A stretch of DNA of 64,000 nucleotides from Carpediemonas membranifera BICM (taxonomy: Eukaryota; Protista; Fornicata). The translations under genes were made by a program, and so were the position numbers. The stretch's first letter is position 1. Each line of letters begins with the position of its first letter. A model generated the notes under the pieces. It saw nothing but the letters and a program-made list of their open reading frames with translations, did no database searches and was not told the origin of the DNA. The DNA lies in the NCBI GenBank assembly GCA_019828565.1, contig JAHDYR010000053.1, forward strand, positions 1,090,272 to 1,154,271, in the 5' to 3' direction. Shown here piece by piece: positions 25,746 through 36,323 of this stretch.

Positions 25746-26486
25746 GCTCCGTAAAACGGTCCCATAATTCCATTATCAGTTTACTATTGGCGCAATCCGA
25801 GAGGAAAGTTCGACTGGTCGACGATGAAAGACGATCCAGCTGTTCAACGCTGCCAGTTGATGGCACCACCCCTGACAGCTTGCATGGTAGTCTCTCTGCC
25901 TTGAGCGGCGCCTGTCGCGAGCAGAGAGCGGGAACGTAAAGGGGAGGACCCGGCTCTATCTCGCATTCGCCTGCGAGCGTTGGTTTCTAGGCGTCTATAC
26001 GTCATATGCGTTGGCGTACAGTTACTCTACAGGCTTGTTTTCAAACATAAGTTCCGTTGGTCGTAAGTCCGATGAGGGTTCTCATCAGGTTATTGTTGAG
26101 TCTAATTAGCTGCGTTTTACAGCGTAAACGGCTCATATTGGCGATCGTCGCGTCTGCCAGCGACACTGGGGCATGGGGTCGATGCATGGTATCTCCCCGG
26201 GTTCACCCTACCTTGCCTATTGGATAGTAGTTAGGAGGATTTGTTCACATATTAGACGCATGCTCCATTCACTCGCGAAAACTGCTCAGCCAGAACTCTC
26301 GCTCACTGTTGTCGTCTCCCCCAATTTTGCCATCAATTTTTTTGGGAAGAGGAGAAACGTCTTCTGGCTGACACAAGCACCACTGGGGGGCGAGAGGAGG
26401 TGGGGCGAGGCCTTCCCGGAAAATAGGGTATTCTCCTTTTCGGCAAAAATGGCTGAAACGTTCCTTTCGCTCAAGTCGCATTCACA

Positions 26487-27245
26487 ATGGCTGGTTTCGG
26501 CAAGGCTAAAGGAAAGAAGGGCAAGAAGGCCGGTCGTAAGGCTGTTGATGCGTTCGCCAAGAAGGAGTGGTACAACATCCGCGCCCCCGCTGTCTTCACT
26601 GACCGCGATGCTGGTGTTACCTGCGTGAACCGCACCCAGGGTACTCGCATTGCCTCCGACTCTCTTAAGGGCCGCGTTTTCGAGATCAACCTCGCTGATC
26701 TCCAGAACGACGAGGAGGTTGGCTTCCGCAAGATGCTCCTCCGCTGCGACGATGTCCGCGGTGACGACGTCCTCACCAACTTCCACGGCATGGAGATGAC
26801 CTCCGAGAAGAAGTACTCTCTTGTCCGCAAGTGGCAGACCATGGTTGAGAACTCCATCGACATCCGCACCATCGAGGGCTACGTTTTCCGTGTCTTCTCC
26901 GTTGCTTTCACGAAGAAGAAGTACGGCCAGGCCAAGCGTAACTGCTACGCCCAGACTGCCCAGGTCAAGCAGATCCGCCGCAAGATGACTGAGGTCCTCG
27001 AGAAGGAGTGCCGCGATTGCACCATCAGCAAGTTCTTCGAGAAGGTCATGCAGGAGTCTATCTCCAAGGACATCGAGAAGTCCTGCTCCGCCATCTTCCC
27101 CCTCCAGAACTGCTACGTCACCCGCGTGAAGCTCGTCCGTGCCCCCAAGGTCAACCTCAACCTTATCACCGACATCCACACCGACAAGAAGGTCGACGCC
27201 GGCAAGAAGGTCGAGAAGGTTGCCCCTTCCAGCATCGATGCTTAA
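26487..27245 (+). CDS. RPS3A: 40S ribosomal protein eS1 (S3a), copy 2
   Basis: Protein identical to copy 1. Confidence 0.97.
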   Translation: MAGFGKAKGKKGKKAGRKAVDAFAKKEWYNIRAPAVFTDRDAGVTCVNRTQGTRIASDSLKGRVFEINLADLQNDEEVGFRKMLLRCDDVRGDDVLTNFHGMEMTSEKKYSLVRKWQTMVENSIDIRTIEGYVFRVFSVAFTKKKYGQAKRNCYAQTAQVKQIRRKMTEVLEKECRDCTISKFFEKVMQESISKDIEKSCSAIFPLQNCYVTRVKLVRAPKVNLNLITDIHTDKKVDAGKKVEKVAPSSIDA

Positions 27246-27420
27246 GCTCCGTAAAACGGTCCCATAATTCCATTATCAGTTTACTGGCGATGGATTGGAC
27301 CGCACACAAGGAGCGCGGGATAAATTCATTCGTGTTGTCTGGCCTTCGTGCTGTGTGACCGTATACATTTGCCAATGTATCAACGTAATGCTGACCTCCA
27401 GCAAAACACAACAAGGCCAA

Positions 27421-27696
27421 ATGGCGGAACAGTTCAAGAATGCTCTTGTAACGGAATGCGACATGAACGAAGAGCTAAAGGTTGATATTGCCGAGCTTGT
27501 AGTGACGGCAATTGAGAAGTTCCCGTCGGACCTCGAACAAGCGTCAAAATCTCTGAAGGAGACGCTTGATCAGAAGTTTGGCGGGAATTTCCAGGTTGTT
27601 CTCGGGTCGGGATTCTCGTATGCTGTGGCGCATGAAGAAGGCTGCCTTTTGCTGATGTTCCAGGGACCAATTGGTGCTCTCGTGTTCAAGTGCTGA
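27421..27696 (+). CDS. DNAL4: Dynein light chain, LC8 family (axonemal DNAL4/LC10-like)
   Basis: CDMNEELK..VVTAIEKF...LKETLDQKFGGNFQVVLGSGFSY...LVFKC. Confidence 0.8.
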   Translation: MAEQFKNALVTECDMNEELKVDIAELVVTAIEKFPSDLEQASKSLKETLDQKFGGNFQVVLGSGFSYAVAHEEGCLLLMFQGPIGALVFKC

Positions 27697-27992
27697 AGTC
27701 TGGTGTGATGAGCCGTTTGTAAGCATTATACGTCGAGCGCATGAGTAAATTCGAGCGACCGTATGCTTATCTGACCCACCTGACGCCACCAGATCACTCG
27801 TCGGGTGCCCATGCCCACACACCGGTAGGCATGATGAAACGAAGATAAAACGAAGGTAATTCGACTGCAACACTTATCAGATAGTTTTCGGGTATTCGCA
27901 GCGAGTCATGCAGTATCAGGGCCCGCCCACTAACCGGCGGCCATGGGCTGGGTGGCCTGCGGAAGGGGCTGAGAGGCAGTCGGGCTGGGTGC

Positions 27993-30900
27993 ATGAAGAT
28001 ACATGGAAGCACCGTAAATCGTAAATACCCATTCGTCAGCAACGCGAAGAGCATGCTCTCGCAAGAGGACAATGCTTCTGGCCCTGATAGTGTTGCAAAG
28101 GAGCACAAAATCAGTGACAGTACGATTCTAGATTCCCTGTTCGGCCCTCAACCATCGGTGACACCCAACAACAGCCTGCTCGACGATTTGCTTGGCATGT
28201 ACGCCCGTAACGCTAAGAATGCTGCAGTTACGGAAATCTATCCCTTGTCTGTGACGCCCATTATCAGTCCTGCCATGAATTCCGCCGAGGCCAACGCGCT
28301 TGACGACTTCGTAGTAGCGGATGAGCCCGCTGAGAAGCCCGCCGAGGAGCCCGTCGAGGCCGACGCGTTTGACGACTTCGTAGTAGCGGATGAGCCCGCT
28401 GAGAAGCCCGCCGAGGAGCCCGTCGAGGCCGACGCGTTTGACGACTTCGTAGCAGCGGATGAGCCCGTCGAGGCCGACGCGTTTGACGACTTCGTAGCAG
28501 CGGATGAGCCCGCTGAGGAGCCCGTCGAGGCCGACGCGTTTGACGACTTCGTAGCAGCGGATGAGCCCGCTGAGGCCGACGCGTTTGACGACTTCGTAGC
28601 AGCGGAAGAGCCCGCTGAGGAGCCCGTCGAGGCCGACGCGTTTGACGACTTCGTAGTAGCGGATGAGCCCGCTGAGAAGCCCGCCGAGGAGCCCGTCGAG
28701 GCCGACGCGTTTGACGACTTCGTAGCAGCGGATGAGCCCGTCGAGGCCGACGCGTTTGACGACTTCGTAGCAGCGGATGAGCCCGCTGAGGAGCCCGTCG
28801 AGGCCGACGCGTTTGACGACTTCGTAGCAGCGGATGAGCCCGTCGAGGCCGACGCGTTTGACGACTTCGTAGCAGCGGATGAGCCCGCTGAGGAGCCCGT
28901 CGAGGCCGACGCGTTTGACGACTTCGTAGCAGCGGATGAGCCCGCTGAGGCCGACGCGTTTGACGACTTCGTAGCAGCGGAAGAGCCCGCTGAGGAGCCC
29001 GTCGAGGCCGACGCGTTTGACGACTTCGTAGTAGCGGATGAGCCCGCTGAGAAGCCCGCCGAGGAGCCCGTCGAGGCCGACGCGTTTGACGACTTCGTAG
29101 CAGCGGATGAGCCCGCTGAGGCCGACGCGTTTGACGACTTCGTAGCAGCGGAAGAGCCCGCTGAGGAGCCCGCCGAGGAGCCCGTCGAGGCCGACGCGTT
29201 TGACGACTTCGTAGTAGCGGATGAGCCCGCCGAGGCCGACGCGTTTGACGACTTCGTAGTAGCGGATGAGCCCGCTGAGGCCGACGCGTTTGACGACTTC
29301 GTAGCAGCGGAAGAGCCCGCCGAGGAGCCCGTCGAGGCCGACGCGTTTGACGACTTCGTAGCAGCGGATGAGCCCGCTGAGGCCGACGCGTTTGACGACT
29401 TCGTAGTAGCGGATGAGCCCGCTGAGAAGCCCGCCGAGGAGCCCGTCGAGGCCGACGCGTTTGACGACTTCGTAGCAGCGGATGAGCCCGCTGAGGCCGA
29501 CGCGTTTGACGACTTCGTAGCAGCGGAAGAGCCCGCTGAGGAACCCGCCGAGGAGCCCGTCGAGGCCGACGCGTTTGACGACTTCGTAGCAGCGGATGAG
29601 CCCGCTGAGGCCGACGCGTTTGACGACTTCGTAGCAGCGGAAGAGCCCGCTGAGGAGCCCGCCGAGGAGCCCGTCGAGGCCGACGCGTTTGACGACTTCG
29701 TAGTAGCGGATGAGCCCGCTGAGAAGCCCGCCGAGGAGCCCGTCGAGGCCGACGCGTTTGACGACTTCGTAGCAGCGGATGAGCCCGCTGAGGCCGACGC
29801 GTTTGACGACTTCGTAGCAGCGGAAGAGCCCGCTGAGGAGCCCGCCGAGGAGCCCGTCGAGGCCGACGCGTTTGACGACTTCGTAGCAGCGGATGAGCCC
29901 GCCGAGGCCGACGCGTTTGACGACTTCGTAGCAGCGGAAGAGCCCGCTGAGGAACCCGCCGAGGAGCCCGTCGAGGCCGACGCGTTTGACGACTTCGTAG
30001 CAGCGGAAGAGCCCGCTGAGGAACCCGCCGAGGAGCCCGTCGAGGCCGACGCGTTTGACGACTTCGTAGCAGCGGAAGAGCCCGCTGAGGAGCCCGCCGA
30101 GGCCGACGCGTTTGACGACTTCGTAGCAGCGGAAGAGCCCGCTGAGGAGCCCGCCGAGGAGCCCGTCGAGGCCGACGCGTTTGACGACTTCGTAGCAGCG
30201 GAAGAGCCCGCTGAGAAGCCCGCCGAGGCCGACGCGTTTGACGACTTCGTAGTAGCGGATGAGCCCGCTGAGAAGCCCGCCGAGGCCGACGCGTTTGACG
30301 ACTTCGTAGCAGCGGAAGAGCCCGCTGAGGAACCCGCCGAGGAGCCCGTCGAGGCCGACGCGTTTGACGACTTCGTAGCAGCGGAAGAGCCCGCTGAGAA
30401 GCCCGCCGAGGCCGACGCGTTTGACGACTTCGTAGTAGCGGATGAGCCCGCTGAGAAGCCCGTCGAGGCCGACGCGTTTGACGACTTCGTAGCAGCGGAA
30501 GAGCCCGCTGAGGAACCCGCCGAGGAGCCCGTCGAGGCCGACGCGTTTGACGACTTCGTAGCAGCGGAAGAGCCCGCTGAGGAGCCCGCCGAGGAGCCCG
30601 CCGAGGCCGACGCGTTTGACGACTTCGTTGCAGCGGATGAGCCCGCTGAGAAGCCCGCCGAGGAGCCCGTCGAGGCCGACGCGTTTGACGACTTCGTAGC
30701 AGCGGATGAGTCCGCTGAGGAGCCCGCCGAGGCCGACGCGTTTGACGACTTCGTAGCAGCGGAAGAGCCCGCTGAGGAACCCGCCGAGGAGCCCGTCGAG
30801 GCCGACGCGTTTGACGACTTCGTAGCAGCGGAAGAGCCCGCTGAGGCCGACGCGTTTGACGACTTCGTAGCAGCGGAAGAGCCCGCTGAGGAGCCCGCCG

Positions 30901-33570
30901 AGGCCGACGCGTTTGACGACTTCGTAGCAGCGGAAGAGCCCGCTGAGAAGCCCGCCGAGGAGCCCGTCGAGGCCGACGCGTTTGACGACTTCGTAGCAGC
31001 GGAAGAGCCCGCTGAGAAGCCCGCCGAGGCCGACGCGTTTGACGACTTCGTAGCAGCGGAAGAGCCCGCTGAGGAGCCCGCCGAGGCCGACGCGTTTGAC
31101 GACTTCGTAGCAGCGGAAGAGCCCGCTGAGGAGCCCGCCGAGGCCGACGCGTTTGACGACTTCGTAGCAGCGGAAGAGTCCGCTGAGGAGCCCGCCGAGG
31201 CCGACGCGTTTGACGACTTCGTAGCAGCGGAGATCCCGCTGGGAAGCGGAGCGTCGAGCCGACGCGTTTGACGACTTCGTAGCAGCGGAAGAGCCCGCTG
31301 AGAAGCCCGCCGAGGCCGACGCGTTTGACGACTTCGTAGCAGCGGAAGAGCCCGCTGAGGAGCCCGCCGAGGCCGACGCGTTTGACGACTTCGTAGCAGC
31401 GGAAGAGCCCGCTGAGGAACCCGCCGAGGCCGACGCGTTTGACGACTTCGTAGCAGCGGAAGAGCCCGCTGAGGAGCCCGTCGAGGCCGACGCGTTTGAC
31501 GACTTCGTAGCAGCGGAAGAGCCCGCTGAGAAGCCCGCCGAGGCCGACGCGTTTGACGACTTCGTAGCAGCGGAAGAGCCCGCTGAGGAGCCCGCCGAGG
31601 CCGACGCGTTTGACGACTTCGTAGCAGCGGAAGAGCCCGCTGAGGAACCCGCCGAGGAGCCCGTCGAGGCCGACGCGTTTGACGACTTCGTAGCAGCGGA
31701 AGAGCCCGCTGAGAAGCCCGCCGAGGCCGACGCGTTTGACGACTTCGTAGTAGCGGATGAGCCCGCTGAGAAGCCCGCCGAGGAGCCCGTCGAGGCCGAC
31801 GCGTTTGACGACTTCGTAGCAGCGGAAGAGCCCGCTGAGGAACCCGCCGAGGAGCCCGTCGAGGCCGACGCGTTTGACGACTTCGTAGCAGCGGAAGAGC
31901 CCGCTGAGAAGCCCGCCGAGGCCGACGCGTTTGACGACTTCGTAGTAGCGGATGAGCCCGCTGAGAAGCCCGCCGAGGCCGACGCGTTTGACGACTTCGT
32001 AGCAGCGGAAGAGCCCGCTGAGAAGCCCGCCGAGGCCGACGCGTTTGACGACTTCGTAGTAGCGGATGAGCCCGCTGAGAAGCCCGCCGAGGAGCCCGTC
32101 GAGGCCGACGCGTTTGACGACTTCGTAGCAGCGGAAGAGCCCGCTGAGGAACCCGCCGAGGAGCCCGTCGAGGCCGACGCGTTTGACGACTTCGTAGCAG
32201 CGGAAGAGCCCGCTGAGGAGCCCGCCGAGGAGCCCGCCGAGGCCGACGCGTTTGACGACTTCGTAGCAGCGGAAGAGCCCGCTGAGAAGCCCGCCGAGGC
32301 CGACGCGTTTGACGACTTCGTAGCAGCGGAAGAGCCCGCTGAGAAGCCCGCCGAGGCCGACGCGTTTGACGACTTCGTAGCAGCGGAAGAGCCCGCTGAG
32401 GAGCCCGCCGAGGCCGACGCGTTTGACGACTTCGTAGCAGCGGAAGAGCCCGCTGAGGAACCCGCCGAGGAGCCCGCCGAGGCCGACGCGTTTGACGACT
32501 TCGTAGCAGCGGAAGAGCCCGCTGAGAAGCCCGCCGAGGCCGACGCGTTTGACGACTTCGTAGCAGCAGAAGAGCCCGCTGAGGAGCCCGCCGAGGAGCC
32601 CGTCGAGGCCGACGCGTTTGACGACTTCGTAGCAGCGGAAGAGCCCGCTGAGAAGCCCGCCGAGGCCGACGCGTTTGACGACTTCGTTGCAGCGGATGAG
32701 CCCGCTGAGAAGCCCGCCGAGGAGCCCGTCGAGGCCGACGCGTTTGACGACTTCGTAGCAGCGGATGAGTCCGCTGAGGAGCCCGCCGAGGCCGACGCGT
32801 TTGACGACTTCGTAGCAGCGGAAGAGCCCGCTGAGGAACCCGCCGAGGAGCCCGTCGAGGCCGACGCGTTTGACGACTTCGTAGCAGCGGAAGAGCCCGC
32901 TGAGGCCGACGCGTTTGACGACTTCGTAGCAGCGGATGAGCCCGCTGAGGAGCCCGCCGAGGCCGACGCGTTTGACGACTTCGTAGCAGCGGAAGAGCCC
33001 GCTGAGGAACCCGCCGAGGAGCCCGTCGAGGCCGACGCGTTTGACGACTTCGTAGCAGCGGAAGAGCCCGCTGAGAAGCCCGCCGAGGCCGACGCGTTTG
33101 ACGACTTCGTAGCAGCGGAAGAGCCCGCTGAGGAGCCCGCCGAGGCCGACGCGTTTGACGACTTCGTAGCAGCGGAAGAGCCCGCTGAGGAACCCGCCGA
33201 GGAGCCCGTCGAGGCCGACGCGTTTGACGACTTCGTAGCAGCGGAAGAGCCCGCTGAGAAGCCCGCCGAGGCCGACGCGTTTGACGACTTCGTAGCAGCG
33301 GAAGAGCCCGCCGAGGAGCCCGTCGAGGCCGACGCGTTTGACTTTGCGGACGAGCCAATTTCGATTGCCGACTTCGACAGCTTCGATGCCCGTGACCATG
33401 CACCGCAGTGCCCCTTCTCCCAGCGCCCAGCCCAGCCCGTGAGCTGGGAAGCAGTCGCCAGTCGGCACCGCTGGGTGGGTGGCGGGCTTCTGTTCTCGGT
33501 GCAACCTGCCGGGGTCCGGGAGCCAAAGGTCCTCGACTACAATCCCTTCGACAGCGTGTTTGATGGTTAG
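27993..33570 (+). CDS. Acidic low-complexity protein with about 100 (estimated) DAFDDFVAA(D/E)EP repeats; frame break at ~31230-31260
   Basis: Unique N-terminus (ILDSLFG, SLLDDLLG), in-frame repeats of 39/51/63 bp, unique C-terminus ending YNPFDSVFDG* at 33570. Confidence 0.75.
28301..33342 (+). repeat. Coding minisatellite: core GAGGCCGACGCGTTTGACGACTTCGTAG(C/T)AGCGGA plus 0-2 extra 12-bp modules
   Basis: Directly visible tandem array; all unit lengths are multiples of 3. Confidence 0.97.
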
Positions 33571-33699
33571 CATAGTTTAGTGATTTAAAACATAGCAGGC
33601 GGACTATAGTTGTGTGTTGGCGCTCATACGCATCTGGGGCGACCTTGCCGCATGCCGCAGTTTTGCCCTCAAGTTGAACAGCGACGTCGAGTGAGAAGA

Positions 33700-36273
33700 A
33701 TGGATTCAGACTTCTTTGACATTAACTCGGACGACGTCATTGAGCACCTTTCAAATACTCTATCACAGTTCGAAGACGTCGTGAAAGAGGCAGAACAGCC
33801 AGAATTTTCTGATAGTCAAGAGAGCTCGAGCTCATCGGACTCAGACAACAACAGTGCCGGCCCAGTGGAGTATCAGCCGAGCAGTGAGATGAACTACGCC
33901 TCAGATTCCGTGGCATCAAACCCCTACGACGAGATCTTCGCCCACCACACCGACGCCATCCTTGACGAGCCTGAGCAGGAGAATTCAGCAGAACCGGAGC
34001 CCGAATACACAGCGTCTGACCGGAGCGACAGTGAAGAGTACGAGACACCCTCCCCCGACCCGCCTTCAACGGCCCCGCTGCCCGACGTTGTTCCCCGGAG
34101 CCGCTTGGCGACGACCATGGCCGTGTCTGACCTGGACGAGTCGTATGTCATCACAGACGAGTCCGACGACGGCTTCTCGGTGCCGCCCGACCCCATCAGC
34201 GACCGGTCTATGGTTGGGTTAATTTGCGGGCTTATGGTGGAGGCCTTCTTTCTCCAGAGCGTGCTCCACCTGCCCGCCAACGACCTCAGAGACGAGCTGG
34301 ACATGGAGGGTGTGCCTGTGCCCGACTTTGACATTGCGGCCTTCACCGCGGACCAGGTGACGGACTCAATGTTGGAGTCGGACGTGATACTGCTGCCCGA
34401 CCACATCCACACCTTGTACACGGCGGTCAATAGGCTCAGGGAGCAGCTGGACATCCACAGACACGACCTAGAGAGGCGGCAGATGGACAACGCCGTCGAC
34501 GACCTCCGCTTCGGACGACAATTGGCGTCTGAGCCGATTGCCACACAGCTGCTCAAGGACCTCGCACGGGCCACGGTTGTCGAGTTCACCTCCGTCTGCT
34601 CCTGGGAGGCGTCGTACGACCGTCCGCTGCTGCTGCCAGCCCCCCACAACGCCATGGCCGACGAGTATGCCGACGACGAGGCCGACAGGGCCAGGGTCCT
34701 CGTGCTGCTGCGGCCCATACTGGAGCAGGCGGCCAAGGAGCAGCAGGACCTCTCCCAGTGGGTCGAGGACACGCTGCTGTCGATGAGCAGGGGCGGCGGG
34801 CTCGACCCCTCGGCGACTGACCCCCTGCCCCTCGCCGTCGACACCACTGCCGTCGATAGGGCCCATAGCGCCGTGGCGGTTGACATGGACGCTGTACACG
34901 ATGCACTAAGGACACTGGCTGACGAGTACGAGGTGAAGCTCAAGGACGCCGGCCTGCTCGACAAGAACGCCGAGATCGAGGGCCTGGCCGCCGAGCCCGA
35001 GACCATTGAGGACATCCTGGCGCAGCACCTGCAGGACCTGACGCTGGAGACGCCTCAAGTACCTGTCCCAACGTTCGGACTGCCCAGCGAGACGGCCCTC
35101 GAGATCTGCTTCCTCGGCCAGGCCCCGCCATCGAGCTACGACGCTGAGCCCGTCCGGGCCTCGAAGTTCCAGACGCCCAACACCCTGAAAGCCATGGAGC
35201 AGCGGCGACTGAATCGTATGGTGCTGCAGTCCATGAGAGGGCGACACGTCAAGAACGATCCGCTCTACTCGACCCGGCCCGCCGACTATGCCACACCGTA
35301 CGTCGGCACCGGTATTTACAACAAGGACCTCTTCTACTTCCCCCCCGCCGTCGCATGCGAGGACCCCGACGACACACGCGCCCTCATCGCTGCGGTCAAC
35401 ACCGCCCACGGCGTCGACCTTGGGCTGGGTCGGGAGGAGGCGCCCGAGGACACCGCGAGGGAGGAGGACGCGATCGCCCAGAGAGAGGCTGAGGTCCAGC
35501 AGCGGACAACTCGGCTTTGGGCGGCCGTCGGGGGAAGGACCCCGTTCGTGCAGAGAAGAACGCAGTCATCGCTCGCCATCATGGGCCCTAAGGCCGCCGC
35601 CTCGCTCAGGAGGTCCAAGATGGCTGAGACAAAGCACTCGCTACGTCTCCACGTGGGCCTGTCCGCCGAGCGCGAGGCCCGCGACGCCGTCAGTGAGGTT
35701 GTCTCGATGTCCTCGAAGCGAACCCGCTCTGCAATGTCCATCTCCAGGTCGGCCCGCACCCACCTCGACCCGAGAGCCGAGGCCATGCTCACGATCGTGG
35801 AGAAGCGCAAGCAGATCCAGAGAGAGAAGGCGCGTCGGTTGCTGCAGAAGGAGCGCGAGCAGGGGCGGGCGTCAAGCCCAAGGGAGCACAGCAGTGCGAG
35901 CAGCCGGAGCTACGTGCCATTCCAGAAGTCCGGAAAGACCGTCCTCGCTGCCATCCGGCGCCAGGCAGCCCTCCGGCAAGAGGACACCACCGCCGGTACC
36001 CATGCTCTCGTACGCGGCCACAGCGGGCTGGTGCGGCAGTCCCAGAGCAACCAGCACGTCCGTATCCACGAGCCGACACCCGACCTGCAGTTCCAGTACG
36101 TCAGACCGCCGTGGTTCGGGGCAGACAAGGGCCACAGGTTCGCCGGTGAGGCAGCTGAGACGTACAACGTCATCCTGGGGGCTGACACAGCGTATGTGAG
36201 GCAGCCCAGGGCGAACGAGCGCGACTTCCTCGAGAGCTACGACTTCACGGAGGAGGAGCGTCTCCGTGTGTGA
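33700..36273 (+). CDS. Hypothetical protein (acidic N-terminus, coiled coils, basic C-terminus)
   Basis: Long uninterrupted ORF with typical codon usage; no family recognised. Confidence 0.7.
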   Translation: MDSDFFDINSDDVIEHLSNTLSQFEDVVKEAEQPEFSDSQESSSSSDSDNNSAGPVEYQPSSEMNYASDSVASNPYDEIFAHHTDAILDEPEQENSAEPEPEYTASDRSDSEEYETPSPDPPSTAPLPDVVPRSRLATTMAVSDLDESYVITDESDDGFSVPPDPISDRSMVGLICGLMVEAFFLQSVLHLPANDLRDELDMEGVPVPDFDIAAFTADQVTDSMLESDVILLPDHIHTLYTAVNRLREQLDIHRHDLERRQMDNAVDDLRFGRQLASEPIATQLLKDLARATVVEFTSVCSWEASYDRPLLLPAPHNAMADEYADDEADRARVLVLLRPILEQAAKEQQDLSQWVEDTLLSMSRGGGLDPSATDPLPLAVDTTAVDRAHSAVAVDMDAVHDALRTLADEYEVKLKDAGLLDKNAEIEGLAAEPETIEDILAQHLQDLTLETPQVPVPTFGLPSETALEICFLGQAPPSSYDAEPVRASKFQTPNTLKAMEQRRLNRMVLQSMRGRHVKNDPLYSTRPADYATPYVGTGIYNKDLFYFPPAVACEDPDDTRALIAAVNTAHGVDLGLGREEAPEDTAREEDAIAQREAEVQQRTTRLWAAVGGRTPFVQRRTQSSLAIMGPKAAASLRRSKMAETKHSLRLHVGLSAEREARDAVSEVVSMSSKRTRSAMSISRSARTHLDPRAEAMLTIVEKRKQIQREKARRLLQKEREQGRASSPREHSSASSRSYVPFQKSGKTVLAAIRRQAALRQEDTTAGTHALVRGHSGLVRQSQSNQHVRIHEPTPDLQFQYVRPPWFGADKGHRFAGEAAETYNVILGADTAYVRQPRANERDFLESYDFTEEERLRV

Positions 36274-36323
36274 TTCTAGTGTCATAAATAGTGATGAATT
36301 CTCCGGAAGACCTCTTTCAATTG

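Larger units (their letters stand above)
24818..27285 (+). repeat. Direct duplication of ~970 bp (24818..25785 and 26318..27285, offset 1500)
   Basis: Near-identical upstream region, CDS and 3' UTR; only synonymous differences seen, at 25034/26534 and 25658/27158. Confidence 0.95.

Noticed and set aside
24483-27179. Long antisense ORFs over RPS3A (and similar ones over other genes)
   Set aside because: Expected shadows of strongly GC3-biased coding sequence.
28301-33342. CRISPR-like appearance (constant core with variable gaps)
   Set aside because: Gaps are permutations of one 12-bp module, not unique spacers; all units are in frame; no cas genes; eukaryotic context.
28238-33573. Two ~1,760-aa minus-strand ORFs (Arg-rich, Ser/Ala-rich)
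   Set aside because: Antisense shadows of a repeat that lacks TTA/CTA/TCA; the plus frame has the sensible unique termini and codon usage.
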